Shown here one piece after another: positions 11,401 to 21,182 of a DNA stretch of 64,000 nt. A model generated the notes under the pieces. That model worked only from the letters and a program-made list of their open reading frames with translations, was not told the DNA's origin and did no database searches. Origin of the DNA: Fidelibacterota bacterium (GTDB lineage Bacteria > Fidelibacterota > Marinisomatia > SCGC-AAA003-L08 > JACNLC01); assembly GCA_013204025.1 (NCBI GenBank), contig JABMOW010000147.1:7742-71741 (forward strand), read 5' to 3'. Made by a program: the position numbers and the translations under genes. Each line of letters opens with the position of its first letter. The first letter of the stretch is position 1.

Positions 11401-12021
11401 ATAAAAATAACTCAAATCGAGAATGGTCCCTTTTCGGAGAATGCATGGATTATAAGTGATACCGATAGTAGGGATGCGATATTAATTGACCCGGGTGACG
11501 AATCAAAAAGAATTGCAGGTATTATAGAAGATAATCGGTTAAATCTTCAATTCATTCTTGCAACACATGGTCATCTTGATCATATCGGAGCTGTCTGCGA
11601 TTTAACAAATAAATTCAATGTTCCATTTATGATTCATATGAGGGATGAATCAATGGTTAAGGATCTTCCGAAAGTTCAAAAAATGTTTGGTTTACCGGAA
11701 TCGGAAGTTCCCATTATATCAGGATATGTTTCAGATCAGGAGAAAATCATCATGGGTGGCGTTAACATCAATGTCATCGAAACACCGGGTCATACGCAAG
11801 GCGGAGTGTGTTTTTTGGTAGAAGGACATTTATTTTCAGGTGATACACTGTTTAGTGGATCAATCGGTAGAACTGATCTACCTGGCGGTGATTACTCTGT
11901 TTTAATTTCTTCAATAAAACAAAAATTGATTAGTTTACCAGATGATACAATTGTTCATAGTGGTCACGGTCCTGACACTATGATAGGAATTGAACGACAA
12001 CAAAATCCATTTTTACAGTGA
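11401..12021 (+). CDS. MBL-fold metallo-hydrolase (YcbL/glyoxalase II-like), non-canonical start
   Basis: The frame is open from 11392: (I)KITQIENGPFSENAW..IDPG..THGHLDHIG..TPGHT..FSGDTLF..GRTDL..SGHG. The HxHxDH motif lies upstream of the first ATG (11629). Start at ATA 11401 is inferred. Confidence 0.85.
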   Translation: MKITQIENGPFSENAWIISDTDSRDAILIDPGDESKRIAGIIEDNRLNLQFILATHGHLDHIGAVCDLTNKFNVPFMIHMRDESMVKDLPKVQKMFGLPESEVPIISGYVSDQEKIIMGGVNINVIETPGHTQGGVCFLVEGHLFSGDTLFSGSIGRTDLPGGDYSVLISSIKQKLISLPDDTIVHSGHGPDTMIGIERQQNPFLQ

Positions 12022-13388
12022 TGGATCTGGTTACTCATTTAAAGCGGAAAATCAGAAAATACTCTGACGATCCTTCGTCCACGCATCATATACTGATTGC
12101 AATTTCTGGAGGTGTAGATAGCGTTGTATTAACAGATGTCATGTTAAAAACTGTATTGGGAACCTCTAACTCAATCGGACTCGCACATGTTAACTATGGA
12201 ATCAGATCGGATGCAAATGAAGCAGAAGCGTTTTGTAGTCAAATTGCTAACCAGTCAAATTGCCAATTCCATAATGTGAATTTCGAATTTACTTCGAAGG
12301 GAGAATCATTTGAAAAATGGGCACGTGATGTGAGATATCAGTATTTATCAGAAATTGCACATGAATATAATTATCAGTGGATATTGACTGCCCATCATAA
12401 AGACGATCAATTGGAAACCCTATTTATGCGATATTCTCAAAAGGCTGATTGGGTTACGATGCAGGGTATCCGAGAACAATTAGGAAAGATTAAAAGACCA
12501 TTTCTGGATGTAGATAAATCCCAGCTAACAAAGTATGCTCGTGAACATGATCTAAAATGGATTGATGATCCAACTAATATGGATTTAGTATTTTTAAGAA
12601 ATGAAATTCGGCATATTGCTCTTCCAAAAACGTTAAGAAATGAGCCAGGACTACCTGATTATCTATTCAGATTATCAGCAAATGCAAAACGTAGATTTAA
12701 CCGGTTGGTAAATCAGTTAGATGTAGGAAATCTGATAATAGAATATAAAAAATCAGATCATGTCGAAATTTCGAAATCTGAATTTCTGAAAATGAGTGAT
12801 GATAAAATGAAAATCGTAATCAAGTTGCTTATGACAAATTATCTTGGTAAAGCGAGTATCTCATTGAGTGGCAGTCATTGGGCATCATTTTGGCAATTTA
12901 TCCGAAATGCATCAACTGGTACGGTTTTTGAGCTTTCTAAAGATGTGTTCTCAATAATGGATAGAAAGTCACTATACTTGGCAAAAAATAAAAAAGAAGT
13001 AGGTGATAGAAAAAAAATCGAAAGTACATGTACTACGAATTGGTACAATAATCAATTTAGAGTTGAATTATTGACTGGTAAGCATACTCCGAAATCGACA
13101 GATAAAAAATTCGCTGTAATTACCATAAATGAGTTTGACAAAGGGGTTTTTATTCGTCGATGGAAAAGTGGCGACAACGTGAAGATAAATTCGGGAACAC
13201 ATAAGGTCAAAATCAGTGACTTGTTTATTAATCACAAGATACCTGTTTTTAAGAAATGGTACTATCCTGTTGTTGTTAATAAGAATGATGAAATCCTTTG
13301 GGTCCCGGGTCTGAAGCATGCTTCGCTGATAGAAGATGTGAAGGCAAATACAAAAAATAACATAAAAATAGAGTGTTTATGGACGTGA
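12018..13388 (+). CDS. tilS: tRNA(Ile)-lysidine synthetase
   Basis: SGGVDS PP-loop, HVNYGIR, AHHKDDQLET and RNEIRH; in the tilS-hpt-ftsH cluster. Confidence 0.93.
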   Translation: MMDLVTHLKRKIRKYSDDPSSTHHILIAISGGVDSVVLTDVMLKTVLGTSNSIGLAHVNYGIRSDANEAEAFCSQIANQSNCQFHNVNFEFTSKGESFEKWARDVRYQYLSEIAHEYNYQWILTAHHKDDQLETLFMRYSQKADWVTMQGIREQLGKIKRPFLDVDKSQLTKYAREHDLKWIDDPTNMDLVFLRNEIRHIALPKTLRNEPGLPDYLFRLSANAKRRFNRLVNQLDVGNLIIEYKKSDHVEISKSEFLKMSDDKMKIVIKLLMTNYLGKASISLSGSHWASFWQFIRNASTGTVFELSKDVFSIMDRKSLYLAKNKKEVGDRKKIESTCTTNWYNNQFRVELLTGKHTPKSTDKKFAVITINEFDKGVFIRRWKSGDNVKINSGTHKVKISDLFINHKIPVFKKWYYPVVVNKNDEILWVPGLKHASLIEDVKANTKNNIKIECLWT

Positions 13389-13963
13389 AAGAATTTATAA
13401 TACCTGAAGGATATCCCTTTGAAGGAAAGTCTTTAGATATATTAATCTCCGCTGACGAAATTAAAAAACGAGTCGAAGAGTTAGCCTTGCAGATATCCGA
13501 AAAATTTAAAGGTACGGTTCCAATATTTGTTGGAGTCATGAATGGTTCATTTATGTTCTTTGCGGATATAATGCGCGAATTGAGCATTGACTTTGAAGTG
13601 GATTTTATTAAAATAGATTCCTATGGAAGTAGAACATCATCATCAGGTACCGTCCGACTGTTAAAAGACATCAGCGCAGATATTACCAACCGCAACGTTG
13701 TGGTCGTGGAAGACATCATTGACACAGGACTTTCCATACAGTTTCTTAAACATCGTTTGGAAGATGCTTTGCCAAAATCTGTAACGTTTGTCACATTGTT
13801 ACTTAAAAAAGATATTGCTAAGGTAAGCTTTGATATTGACTATGTTGGTTTTGATATCCCAAATCGGTTTGTAGTTGGATATGGCTTGGATTATAATCAG
13901 GGACTTAGAGGATTAAAACATATATTGGCGTTTAAAGAGGGAGACATTATTGATGGCGAATGA
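13373..13963 (+). CDS. hpt: Hypoxanthine phosphoribosyltransferase
   Basis: VVEDIIDTG PRPP motif and FVVGYGLDY. Confidence 0.95.
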   Translation: MFMDVKEFIIPEGYPFEGKSLDILISADEIKKRVEELALQISEKFKGTVPIFVGVMNGSFMFFADIMRELSIDFEVDFIKIDSYGSRTSSSGTVRLLKDISADITNRNVVVVEDIIDTGLSIQFLKHRLEDALPKSVTFVTLLLKKDIAKVSFDIDYVGFDIPNRFVVGYGLDYNQGLRGLKHILAFKEGDIIDGE

Positions 13964-16010
13964 TAAAAATGACCATCAGAAGAAATATAATACACCGAAA
14001 AAAACCGGTAGTAAAAATAAAAAATTAACTGGGGGTAACGAGAAATTTTGGAATTTCTGGTCAAACGGTGGAAAAACAACAATTATTTGGTTGATCATCG
14101 TTTTAGCTGCTATTTCCATAATGCAGTTCTACGGTGGGGAATCGAAGACAAAAGTCGTTTCATTTACTGAGTTTATCAGGTATGTAGAAGACGATAAGGT
14201 CCAATCTGCAGAGATCGTTGGGAATAAATTCGTTGGTACTTTAAAACAACCAGAGGAACAAAGATTTCGGTCGGTTAAACAGGTTTATGAAAAATTCTCA
14301 ACCACGCTTCCCTATGTGGATAGCGAACTGATTAATAAGTGGAATGAAAAAGAATTTCCGTATCAGTTCAAGGAATCGTCTCCTGGTATGATAGATTACC
14401 TAATCAATTTTTCACCATGGATTTTGATCATTTTTCTTTGGATATTTTTTATGAAACGCATGCAGGGTTCAAGCGGTCAAAGCGGGATATTTGGGTTTAT
14501 TAAAAGTCGTGCTAAATTGATCCCTCCAGATCAACCAAAGACTACTTTTAAAGACGTCGCGGGGTGTGATGAAGCTAAAGTAGAACTTGAAGAGATTGTC
14601 CAGTTCTTAAAAAATCCCAAAAAATATAGTAAACTCGGTGCAAAAATCCCAAAAGGTGCATTGCTTTTGGGACCTCCTGGAACCGGCAAAACATTACTGG
14701 CAAAAGCAGTTTCAGGTGAAGCGGGAGTTCCGTTCTTTAGCATCAGTGGTGCTGAATTTGTCGAAATGTTTGTTGGAGTGGGTGCCAGCAGGGTAAGGGA
14801 TTTATTTGATCAAGCAAAAAAAAGTTCTCCATCAATAATTTTTATCGATGAAATAGATGCTGTGGGACGACATCGTGGCGCCGGCCTTGGGGGCGGTCAT
14901 GATGAAAGAGAACAGACCCTGAATCAAATTCTCGTAGAGATGGACGGTTTCGACACAGATATTAATGTGATATTACTGGCAGCCACAAACAGACCTGATG
15001 TGTTGGACAAAGCGCTTTTAAGACCAGGAAGATTTGATCGCCAAATCGTTGTGGATGTTCCAGGAATTGATGGACGAGAAGCCATCCTGAAAATTCATTC
15101 AAAAAATGTTCCATTAGGTCCAGACGTTGTTTTAAAAACGGTTGCAAAAGGGACACCCGGATTGGTTGGCGCTGATTTGGAAAACCTTGTCAACGAAGCC
15201 GCATTATTAGCTGCTCGGAAAAACAGAAAATTTGTTACGATGATGGATTTTGAAGAAGCAAAAGACAAAGTCATGATGGGAGTTGAGCGAAAGAGCATGA
15301 TCCTAACTCCCGAAGAAAAGAATACTACCGCTATCCATGAAGCAGGGCATGCGCTCGTTGCATTTCATACTGAAGGATCAGACCCTGTACACAAAATTAC
15401 CATCATTCCAAGAGGTCGTGCATTAGGACTCACAGCCCAATTGCCGGATCACGAAAAACATAACTACAATAAAAACTTTCTAAATGGACAATTGTACATT
15501 CTCATGGGTGGAAGGATGGCGGAAAAATTGATATTTAACGATTATTCGACTGGTGCTGCAAATGATATTGAGGTAGCTACCAATATCACCAGAAAAATGG
15601 TGTGTGAATGGGGGATGAGTGATAAAATCGGACCACTAACCTTCGGTAAAAAATCAGAAGAGGTATTTCTTGGAAGAGAAATAAGTCATTCTCGTGATTA
15701 CAGCGATGATATGTCTAAAACAATCGACAGCGAGATTACTCTAATCGTACGGAATGCAGAAAAACAAGCCGGTGCTATTCTGGAAGAAAATCGTGATCAA
15801 CTTGTTTCTCTAGCAGAAGCACTTTTGGAATATGAAACCATAAGCGGAACCGAAATGGAACTGCTTCTTAGTGGAGGGGACATCTCCACCCTTCGCAACC
15901 AGCCTGTGAAAAAGAGACGACGTCGATCAAACAGACGAAAATCCAGTAATGCAGCACCTCAAAATACTGAAGATATCAAAGAACCGGCGAATGAGGGTTC
16001 TACTCCATAA
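13950..16010 (+). CDS. ftsH: ATP-dependent zinc metalloprotease FtsH
   Basis: Two TM helices, [15 protein letters not shown] and HEAGH. Confidence 0.97.
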   Translation: MMANDKNDHQKKYNTPKKTGSKNKKLTGGNEKFWNFWSNGGKTTIIWLIIVLAAISIMQFYGGESKTKVVSFTEFIRYVEDDKVQSAEIVGNKFVGTLKQPEEQRFRSVKQVYEKFSTTLPYVDSELINKWNEKEFPYQFKESSPGMIDYLINFSPWILIIFLWIFFMKRMQGSSGQSGIFGFIKSRAKLIPPDQPKTTFKDVAGCDEAKVELEEIVQFLKNPKKYSKLGAKIPKGALLLGPPGTGKTLLAKAVSGEAGVPFFSISGAEFVEMFVGVGASRVRDLFDQAKKSSPSIIFIDEIDAVGRHRGAGLGGGHDEREQTLNQILVEMDGFDTDINVILLAATNRPDVLDKALLRPGRFDRQIVVDVPGIDGREAILKIHSKNVPLGPDVVLKTVAKGTPGLVGADLENLVNEAALLAARKNRKFVTMMDFEEAKDKVMMGVERKSMILTPEEKNTTAIHEAGHALVAFHTEGSDPVHKITIIPRGRALGLTAQLPDHEKHNYNKNFLNGQLYILMGGRMAEKLIFNDYSTGAANDIEVATNITRKMVCEWGMSDKIGPLTFGKKSEEVFLGREISHSRDYSDDMSKTIDSEITLIVRNAEKQAGAILEENRDQLVSLAEALLEYETISGTEMELLLSGGDISTLRNQPVKKRRRRSNRRKSSNAAPQNTEDIKEPANEGSTP

Positions 16011-16012
16011 CA

Positions 16013-16831
16013 ATGAAACCGTTTAAACTCAGCGTTCCTGCGGTGATGGGTATTTTAAATATCACTCCTGATTCATTTTATGATGGAGGCAGGTATCAGA
16101 CTGAAAAAGAAATATCCACTCAAATTGATGTGATGGTGAGTTACGGTGCACAAATGATAGATATTGGTGCTGAATCATCCCGACCGGGTTCTACACCGGT
16201 GTCTGCAGCCGACGAAATAAATAGAATATCTTCTGTAATTCCGGTTATCAGTAAATATCAAGATGTTTACTTTTCAATTGATACCTGGAAAGTAGAAGTT
16301 GCCGAGTTTGCTTTGAAAAATGGATTTCGTATGTTAAATGATATCACTGGTGGAGGAAGCAACGGACATATGTTTAATCTATCCAAAGAATATGATGTCC
16401 CGGTAATCATTATGCATATGTTGGGTAAACCTGAAATGATGCAGCAAAACCCGAAATATTTGGATTTGATCCCAGAACTGATTCAATTTTTCAGTTTGCG
16501 TATAGAAATGGCAAAATCACTAGGCGTTTCAGATAAAAATATCATCCTTGATCCCGGCATCGGTTTTGGAAAAAGTGTACAAGATAATTTTGAAATCATT
16601 AATTCGATTGACAGATTTGCTCAATTAGGGTATCCTGTCTTAATCGGAGCATCCAGAAAATCTTTTTTGCGTGTCCAGGATGATTATCCTAAAGATCGTC
16701 TTGGTGCCAGTATTACTACTGCAATTATTGCCGTAAGAAATGGTGCGAGTATTGTACGGGTTCATGATGTATCCCAAACCGTTAAATCTCTATTCATCTA
16801 TAATAAATTTAATCACCCTTCAATGAATTAA
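16013..16831 (+). CDS. folP: Dihydropteroate synthase
   Basis: MGILNITPDSF, ESSRPG, DPGIGFGK, SRKSF and RVHDV. Confidence 0.95.
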   Translation: MKPFKLSVPAVMGILNITPDSFYDGGRYQTEKEISTQIDVMVSYGAQMIDIGAESSRPGSTPVSAADEINRISSVIPVISKYQDVYFSIDTWKVEVAEFALKNGFRMLNDITGGGSNGHMFNLSKEYDVPVIIMHMLGKPEMMQQNPKYLDLIPELIQFFSLRIEMAKSLGVSDKNIILDPGIGFGKSVQDNFEIINSIDRFAQLGYPVLIGASRKSFLRVQDDYPKDRLGASITTAIIAVRNGASIVRVHDVSQTVKSLFIYNKFNHPSMN

Positions 16832-16843
16832 TTCTGAATAAAC

Positions 16844-17332
16844 ATGGTGAAGAAAATATCCATATTATATATTTTATGCTCGTTGATGATCGCCGGATCA
16901 CCCCAGATAAGTAAGTATAATTCCAATTCAGGTGAGGGTGAAGTAGCACAATACATTATATCAGATCAACCCACTTTGACAATGAAAGTCAATATATGGG
17001 GAGAAGTTAAGCATCCAGGTCAATATTTGGTTCCGTACACGATGAAAGTTGATATTATATCCTTGTTGTCCATGGCAGGTGGTCCCACACCCGAAGCCAA
17101 TTTAAAAAAAATAATTATCATTAGAGCAGACAATGATGCTGGTGAGGCAGGAAAAATAACTGTGAATATGGATGAATATTTTACAAAAGGCGAATTATCG
17201 GGCATCCCTGATCTGGGACCAAACGATACAGTGATCATTCAGAAAACTTTCATTGGCCGATTAAATTCGAATAATACTATTTTTAATGTACTACAGCTGC
17301 TGGCCACAATCTACTTAATTACGAACGGATAA
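16844..17332 (+). CDS. Secreted SLBB (beta-grasp) domain protein
   Basis: N-terminal signal; VNIWGEVKHPGQY and SMAGG..ANLKKI..IR pattern; hydrophobic C-terminal helix. Confidence 0.7.
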   Translation: MVKKISILYILCSLMIAGSPQISKYNSNSGEGEVAQYIISDQPTLTMKVNIWGEVKHPGQYLVPYTMKVDIISLLSMAGGPTPEANLKKIIIIRADNDAGEAGKITVNMDEYFTKGELSGIPDLGPNDTVIIQKTFIGRLNSNNTIFNVLQLLATIYLITNG

Positions 17333-17333
17333 T

Positions 17334-18447
17334 ATGGATATTCAAGTATACAAAGAACGATTCAAAAAAGTCAGTGAAAAATACCACCAACTCCGGGAGT
17401 ATCTTTGAGTGGGATACACTCATTCAATCGATTACGCAATTACAAGAAAAAACGGTCAATCCGGAGTTTTGGAACGACAATGAATCCGCTCAAAAAATTC
17501 TGAAAGATATCAGTAAACTAGAAAATGAAAAGAACCTGTGGGAAAAACTGGATGATATGTACTCGGAAGTTGAAATTCATGTGGAACTCTATGAAACAGA
17601 AGATGAAGCAGACCCGGACATAGAAAAAGCCTTTCTTCGATTTGAGACATACCTGACTGAGGTAGAAGTCCGGAAGATGATGAATGACGAAGATGATATT
17701 CGGGGAGCAATTCTGACCATACACCCGGGTGCAGGAGGTACAGAATCTCAGGATTGGGCGAGTATGTTATACCGTTTATATACAAGATGGTGTGAAAGAA
17801 TGGGATTCTCAACTAAAATCCTTGATTTTCAACCTGGGGATGAAGCCGGATTAAAAGATGTTACAATCGAAATAGTTGGTGACTATGTGTACGGCAATTT
17901 AAAATCCGAAGCTGGCGTTCATAGGCTGGTAAGAATCTCGCCATTTGATAGCAATTCTCGTAGGCATACATCATTTGCATCCATATTTGTATATCCAATA
18001 TATGAAGAAGAGCTTGATATAGAAATCGATGAAAAAGAACTTCGCATAGATACTTACCGTTCCAGTGGTGCAGGTGGACAGCATGTAAATAAAACGGATT
18101 CAGCAATACGACTCACGCATTTACCAACCGGAATTGTGGTTCAATGTCAAAACGAACGAAGTCAGTTAAAAAATAAAAATGTAGCGATGAAAATGTTAAA
18201 GGCAAAACTATACCAGAAAAGAAAAGAAGAGCAGGCACAGGATAAACAAGTAATTGAAGATCAGAAAATGGATATCGCTTGGGGAAGTCAGATCAGATCG
18301 TACGTTTTTCATCCGTATAATCTTGTAAAGGACCATCGAACAAAAGTTGAAACAGGAAATATCCAATCTGTAATGGATGGTGAAATTCGCTCATTCATCC
18401 GGGGATTTTTACTAATGAATATGGAGAGCAGCAACATTGTCAACTGA
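17334..18447 (+). CDS. prfB: Peptide chain release factor 2 (programmed +1 frameshift)
   Basis: ORF1 runs from ATG 17334 (MDIQVYKERFKKVSEKYHQLREYL) to TGA 17406. The +1 frame continues EWDT... with SPF and GGQ motifs. The track start at 17374 is an artefact. Confidence 0.95.
17394..17409 (+). promoter_or_regulatory. RF2 frameshift cassette CGGGAG-TAT-CTT-TGA-G
   Basis: Internal SD-like hexamer 3 nt before CTT TGA, as in the canonical prfB site. Confidence 0.9.
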
Positions 18448-19936
18448 ACATAAAACCTTACAGCAAATTATTGAACATCGTCATCTAAAACTTAATAAAA
18501 TTCGTGAATTTGGTGTTGATCCTTTTCCACATGAATTTAAAAGAAGTGATTTCTCTGAAGAAATATTAGAATCGTATAATCCCGATATTCAACGGAATGT
18601 CACTGTTGCAGGGCGAATTATCTCAATTCGAATCATGGGCAAGGCGAGTTTTGTCCATATTCAGGATGAACTGGGTAAGATTCAACTTTATGTCCGCAGG
18701 GATGACGTAGGCGCTGAATTTTATAATAACGTATTTAAAAACCTCGATCTAGGTGACATCATTGGACTAAGTGGGTTTGTGTTCAAAACCAAAATGGGAG
18801 AAATCTCGATCCATGTAGAATCTCTTACATTGTTAGCAAAGAACCTGCGTCCGCTTCCAAATCTAAAAGAGAAAGATGGAATCGCCTTTAACGCTTTCGA
18901 AGATAAGGACCATACTTATCGATACAGACATTTAGATTTTATCGCAAATCCACAAAGGAAACTTGTATTTATCCAAAGAGCAAAAACCATTGGGGCTATT
19001 CGTCAATTTCTGGACGTTCATGGCTACATTGAGGTGGAGACTCCCGTATTGCAACCTCAATATGGAGGTGCGTCTGCTCGTCCGTTCACTACCTATCACA
19101 ATACCCTTGATGAAAAATTATTTCTCCGGATAGCTGACGAATTATATCTCAAAAAACTGATCATTGGCGGGTTTGAAAAAGTTTATGAGTTGGCGAAAAA
19201 TTTCCGGAATGAAGGTATGGATCGCAGTCATAATCCAGAATACACATCTTTGGAATTTTATAGAGCATACTCTGACCTCTTCGATATGATGGATTTCACA
19301 GAAGAATTGATTCAGACCGTTGCAAAAAGTGTTGACGCGAACCAACTGGTGTATAATTCACATGAAATATTTCTTAATAAGCCGTTTAAAAGAGAATCAA
19401 TGTTTTCATTGTTAGAGGACTGCACAGGTCATTCTTTTGAAGATTTGGATCGCGATGGTCTTCTGAAAATTGCGCGGGAAAAACATCTCGACATAAATGA
19501 AAAAATGAACTACGGACAGATTCTAGATGAAATATTCAGTGAGTTGGTGGAACCGACCCTCATTCAACCTACATTTGTTTACGATTACCCGACAGCAATT
19601 TCACCTCTGGCAAAGCATCGTAGAGACGGAAATCAAAATATCGTCGAAAGATTCGAATTGTTCATCGGACAGACCGAATTTGCAAATGCTTTTACTGAAT
19701 TGAATGATCCAGTTGATCAACGTGAACGATTGGAAAATCAGGCAAAACTGCGCGATCTTGGTGATGAAGAAGCACAACCGGTAGATGAAAGTTTCCTTGA
19801 AGCTTTGGAGTGTGGCATGCCACCAACAGGCGGCGTTGGTATTGGTGTCGATAGGTTAGTCATGTTGATCACAGGACAGAACTCAATTAAAGATGTCATT
19901 TTATTTCCGGCAATGAAATCACTTAAAGACCAATAA
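18437..19936 (+). CDS. lysS: Lysine--tRNA ligase (class II)
   Basis: MGKASF, FRNEG, HNPE and GMPPTGGVGIGVDRL. Confidence 0.97.
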   Translation: MSTEHKTLQQIIEHRHLKLNKIREFGVDPFPHEFKRSDFSEEILESYNPDIQRNVTVAGRIISIRIMGKASFVHIQDELGKIQLYVRRDDVGAEFYNNVFKNLDLGDIIGLSGFVFKTKMGEISIHVESLTLLAKNLRPLPNLKEKDGIAFNAFEDKDHTYRYRHLDFIANPQRKLVFIQRAKTIGAIRQFLDVHGYIEVETPVLQPQYGGASARPFTTYHNTLDEKLFLRIADELYLKKLIIGGFEKVYELAKNFRNEGMDRSHNPEYTSLEFYRAYSDLFDMMDFTEELIQTVAKSVDANQLVYNSHEIFLNKPFKRESMFSLLEDCTGHSFEDLDRDGLLKIAREKHLDINEKMNYGQILDEIFSELVEPTLIQPTFVYDYPTAISPLAKHRRDGNQNIVERFELFIGQTEFANAFTELNDPVDQRERLENQAKLRDLGDEEAQPVDESFLEALECGMPPTGGVGIGVDRLVMLITGQNSIKDVILFPAMKSLKDQ

Positions 19937-19958
19937 TAGGGTTCAGGATACAATCGGT

Positions 19959-21182
19959 TTGAGATTGATCCCAAAAATTGCATTCAGGCATATCCGTTCG
20001 GGCCATCGGTTCGGATTTATATCATTCACATCCATCCTTAGCATTATCGGACTCATGTTAGGTGTGGCATCATTGAATGTTATTTCCTCTTTTTCGTCTG
20101 GGTTTTCAAATTCCATTCAACATAAATTGGCTTCACTCGATGGGCACTTGCGGATAACAAAATATCAGTCTGACTCTGGTGAAATATTATCCGGAGATGA
20201 AATCAAATCCATTCAAGCAGAACTTGGATCAGTAAAAAATTTGCTGACACTTGTGCCTTACATTGAAAAAAAAGCCATCATCCGGTCCGGAAGAAATTCC
20301 GAAGGGGTGATTGTTTACGGTGTACCAGAAAAATCACTCATTGAAATATTTAACCTTGACGATCTGATCATCGATGGTAATCTAATGGATTTTAATAAAG
20401 GAATGATTGTCGGTACAGGATTAGCTAAAAGCCTGGAGTCAGAGGTTGATAAATCGGTATTTCTGTTTGATATTCAACGATATATTAATGAGGGAATCAC
20501 CAAAGGCGAAAAACTCCATGTATCTGGCGTATTTAAAAGTGGGTTTTCTGAATACGACAAACTATTAGTCTTTTTATCTCTGGAAAAAGCACGTTCATTT
20601 TTTGAAGTTCAAGATGGTGCTACCGGTTTGATTGGGATGCTATCAGACCCTTTACTGGCATCTCAAGTTGACGAAGAAGTTATCAATATACTGGGGTTTT
20701 CCCCTTATGTAACATCCACATGGCTGGAAAGACATTCCATGCTTTTCAATTGGTTGAATATCTATGATCTCCCCATCAAATTAGTCATAGGATTTATTAT
20801 CATCATTGCTGTTTTCAATATTGCAGCAATTTTATGGATGACCATTAAGGAAAAAACCAGTGAGGTGGGGATTCTAACAGCTATTGGGTTCAGCGGTAAA
20901 CAAATCAGATCCATATTTCTGATAGAAGGGTTACTAATCGGAGTCATCGGTTCCGTATCCGGTTTGATATTAAGCGTGGTAGTGCTTGTCCTTCAGATGA
21001 AGTTTAAATTTATTTCATTATCATCTGATATCTATTTTGTCGATTTTCTTCCTGTTGATTGGTCCATAAATCACATCTTCATTTATCCAGGTTTAGCGAT
21101 TTTACTTTCTGTAATGTCAGCCTATTTCCCTGCAAGGTGGACAAAGAGAATTAATCCTGTTGAGGCGATCAGGTACGAATGA
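19959..21182 (+). CDS. LolC/LolE-family lipoprotein-releasing permease
   Basis: TM, periplasmic domain, 3 TM; EVGILTAIG and C-terminal PVEAIRYE; upstream of lolD. Confidence 0.85.
   Translation: MRLIPKIAFRHIRSGHRFGFISFTSILSIIGLMLGVASLNVISSFSSGFSNSIQHKLASLDGHLRITKYQSDSGEILSGDEIKSIQAELGSVKNLLTLVPYIEKKAIIRSGRNSEGVIVYGVPEKSLIEIFNLDDLIIDGNLMDFNKGMIVGTGLAKSLESEVDKSVFLFDIQRYINEGITKGEKLHVSGVFKSGFSEYDKLLVFLSLEKARSFFEVQDGATGLIGMLSDPLLASQVDEEVINILGFSPYVTSTWLERHSMLFNWLNIYDLPIKLVIGFIIIIAVFNIAAILWMTIKEKTSEVGILTAIGFSGKQIRSIFLIEGLLIGVIGSVSGLILSVVVLVLQMKFKFISLSSDIYFVDFLPVDWSINHIFIYPGLAILLSVMSAYFPARWTKRINPVEAIRYE

Noticed and set aside
17374-17405. ORF-track N-terminus of RF2 (MKNTTNSGSIF)
   Set aside because: Artefact of the programmed frameshift; the real start is ATG 17334.
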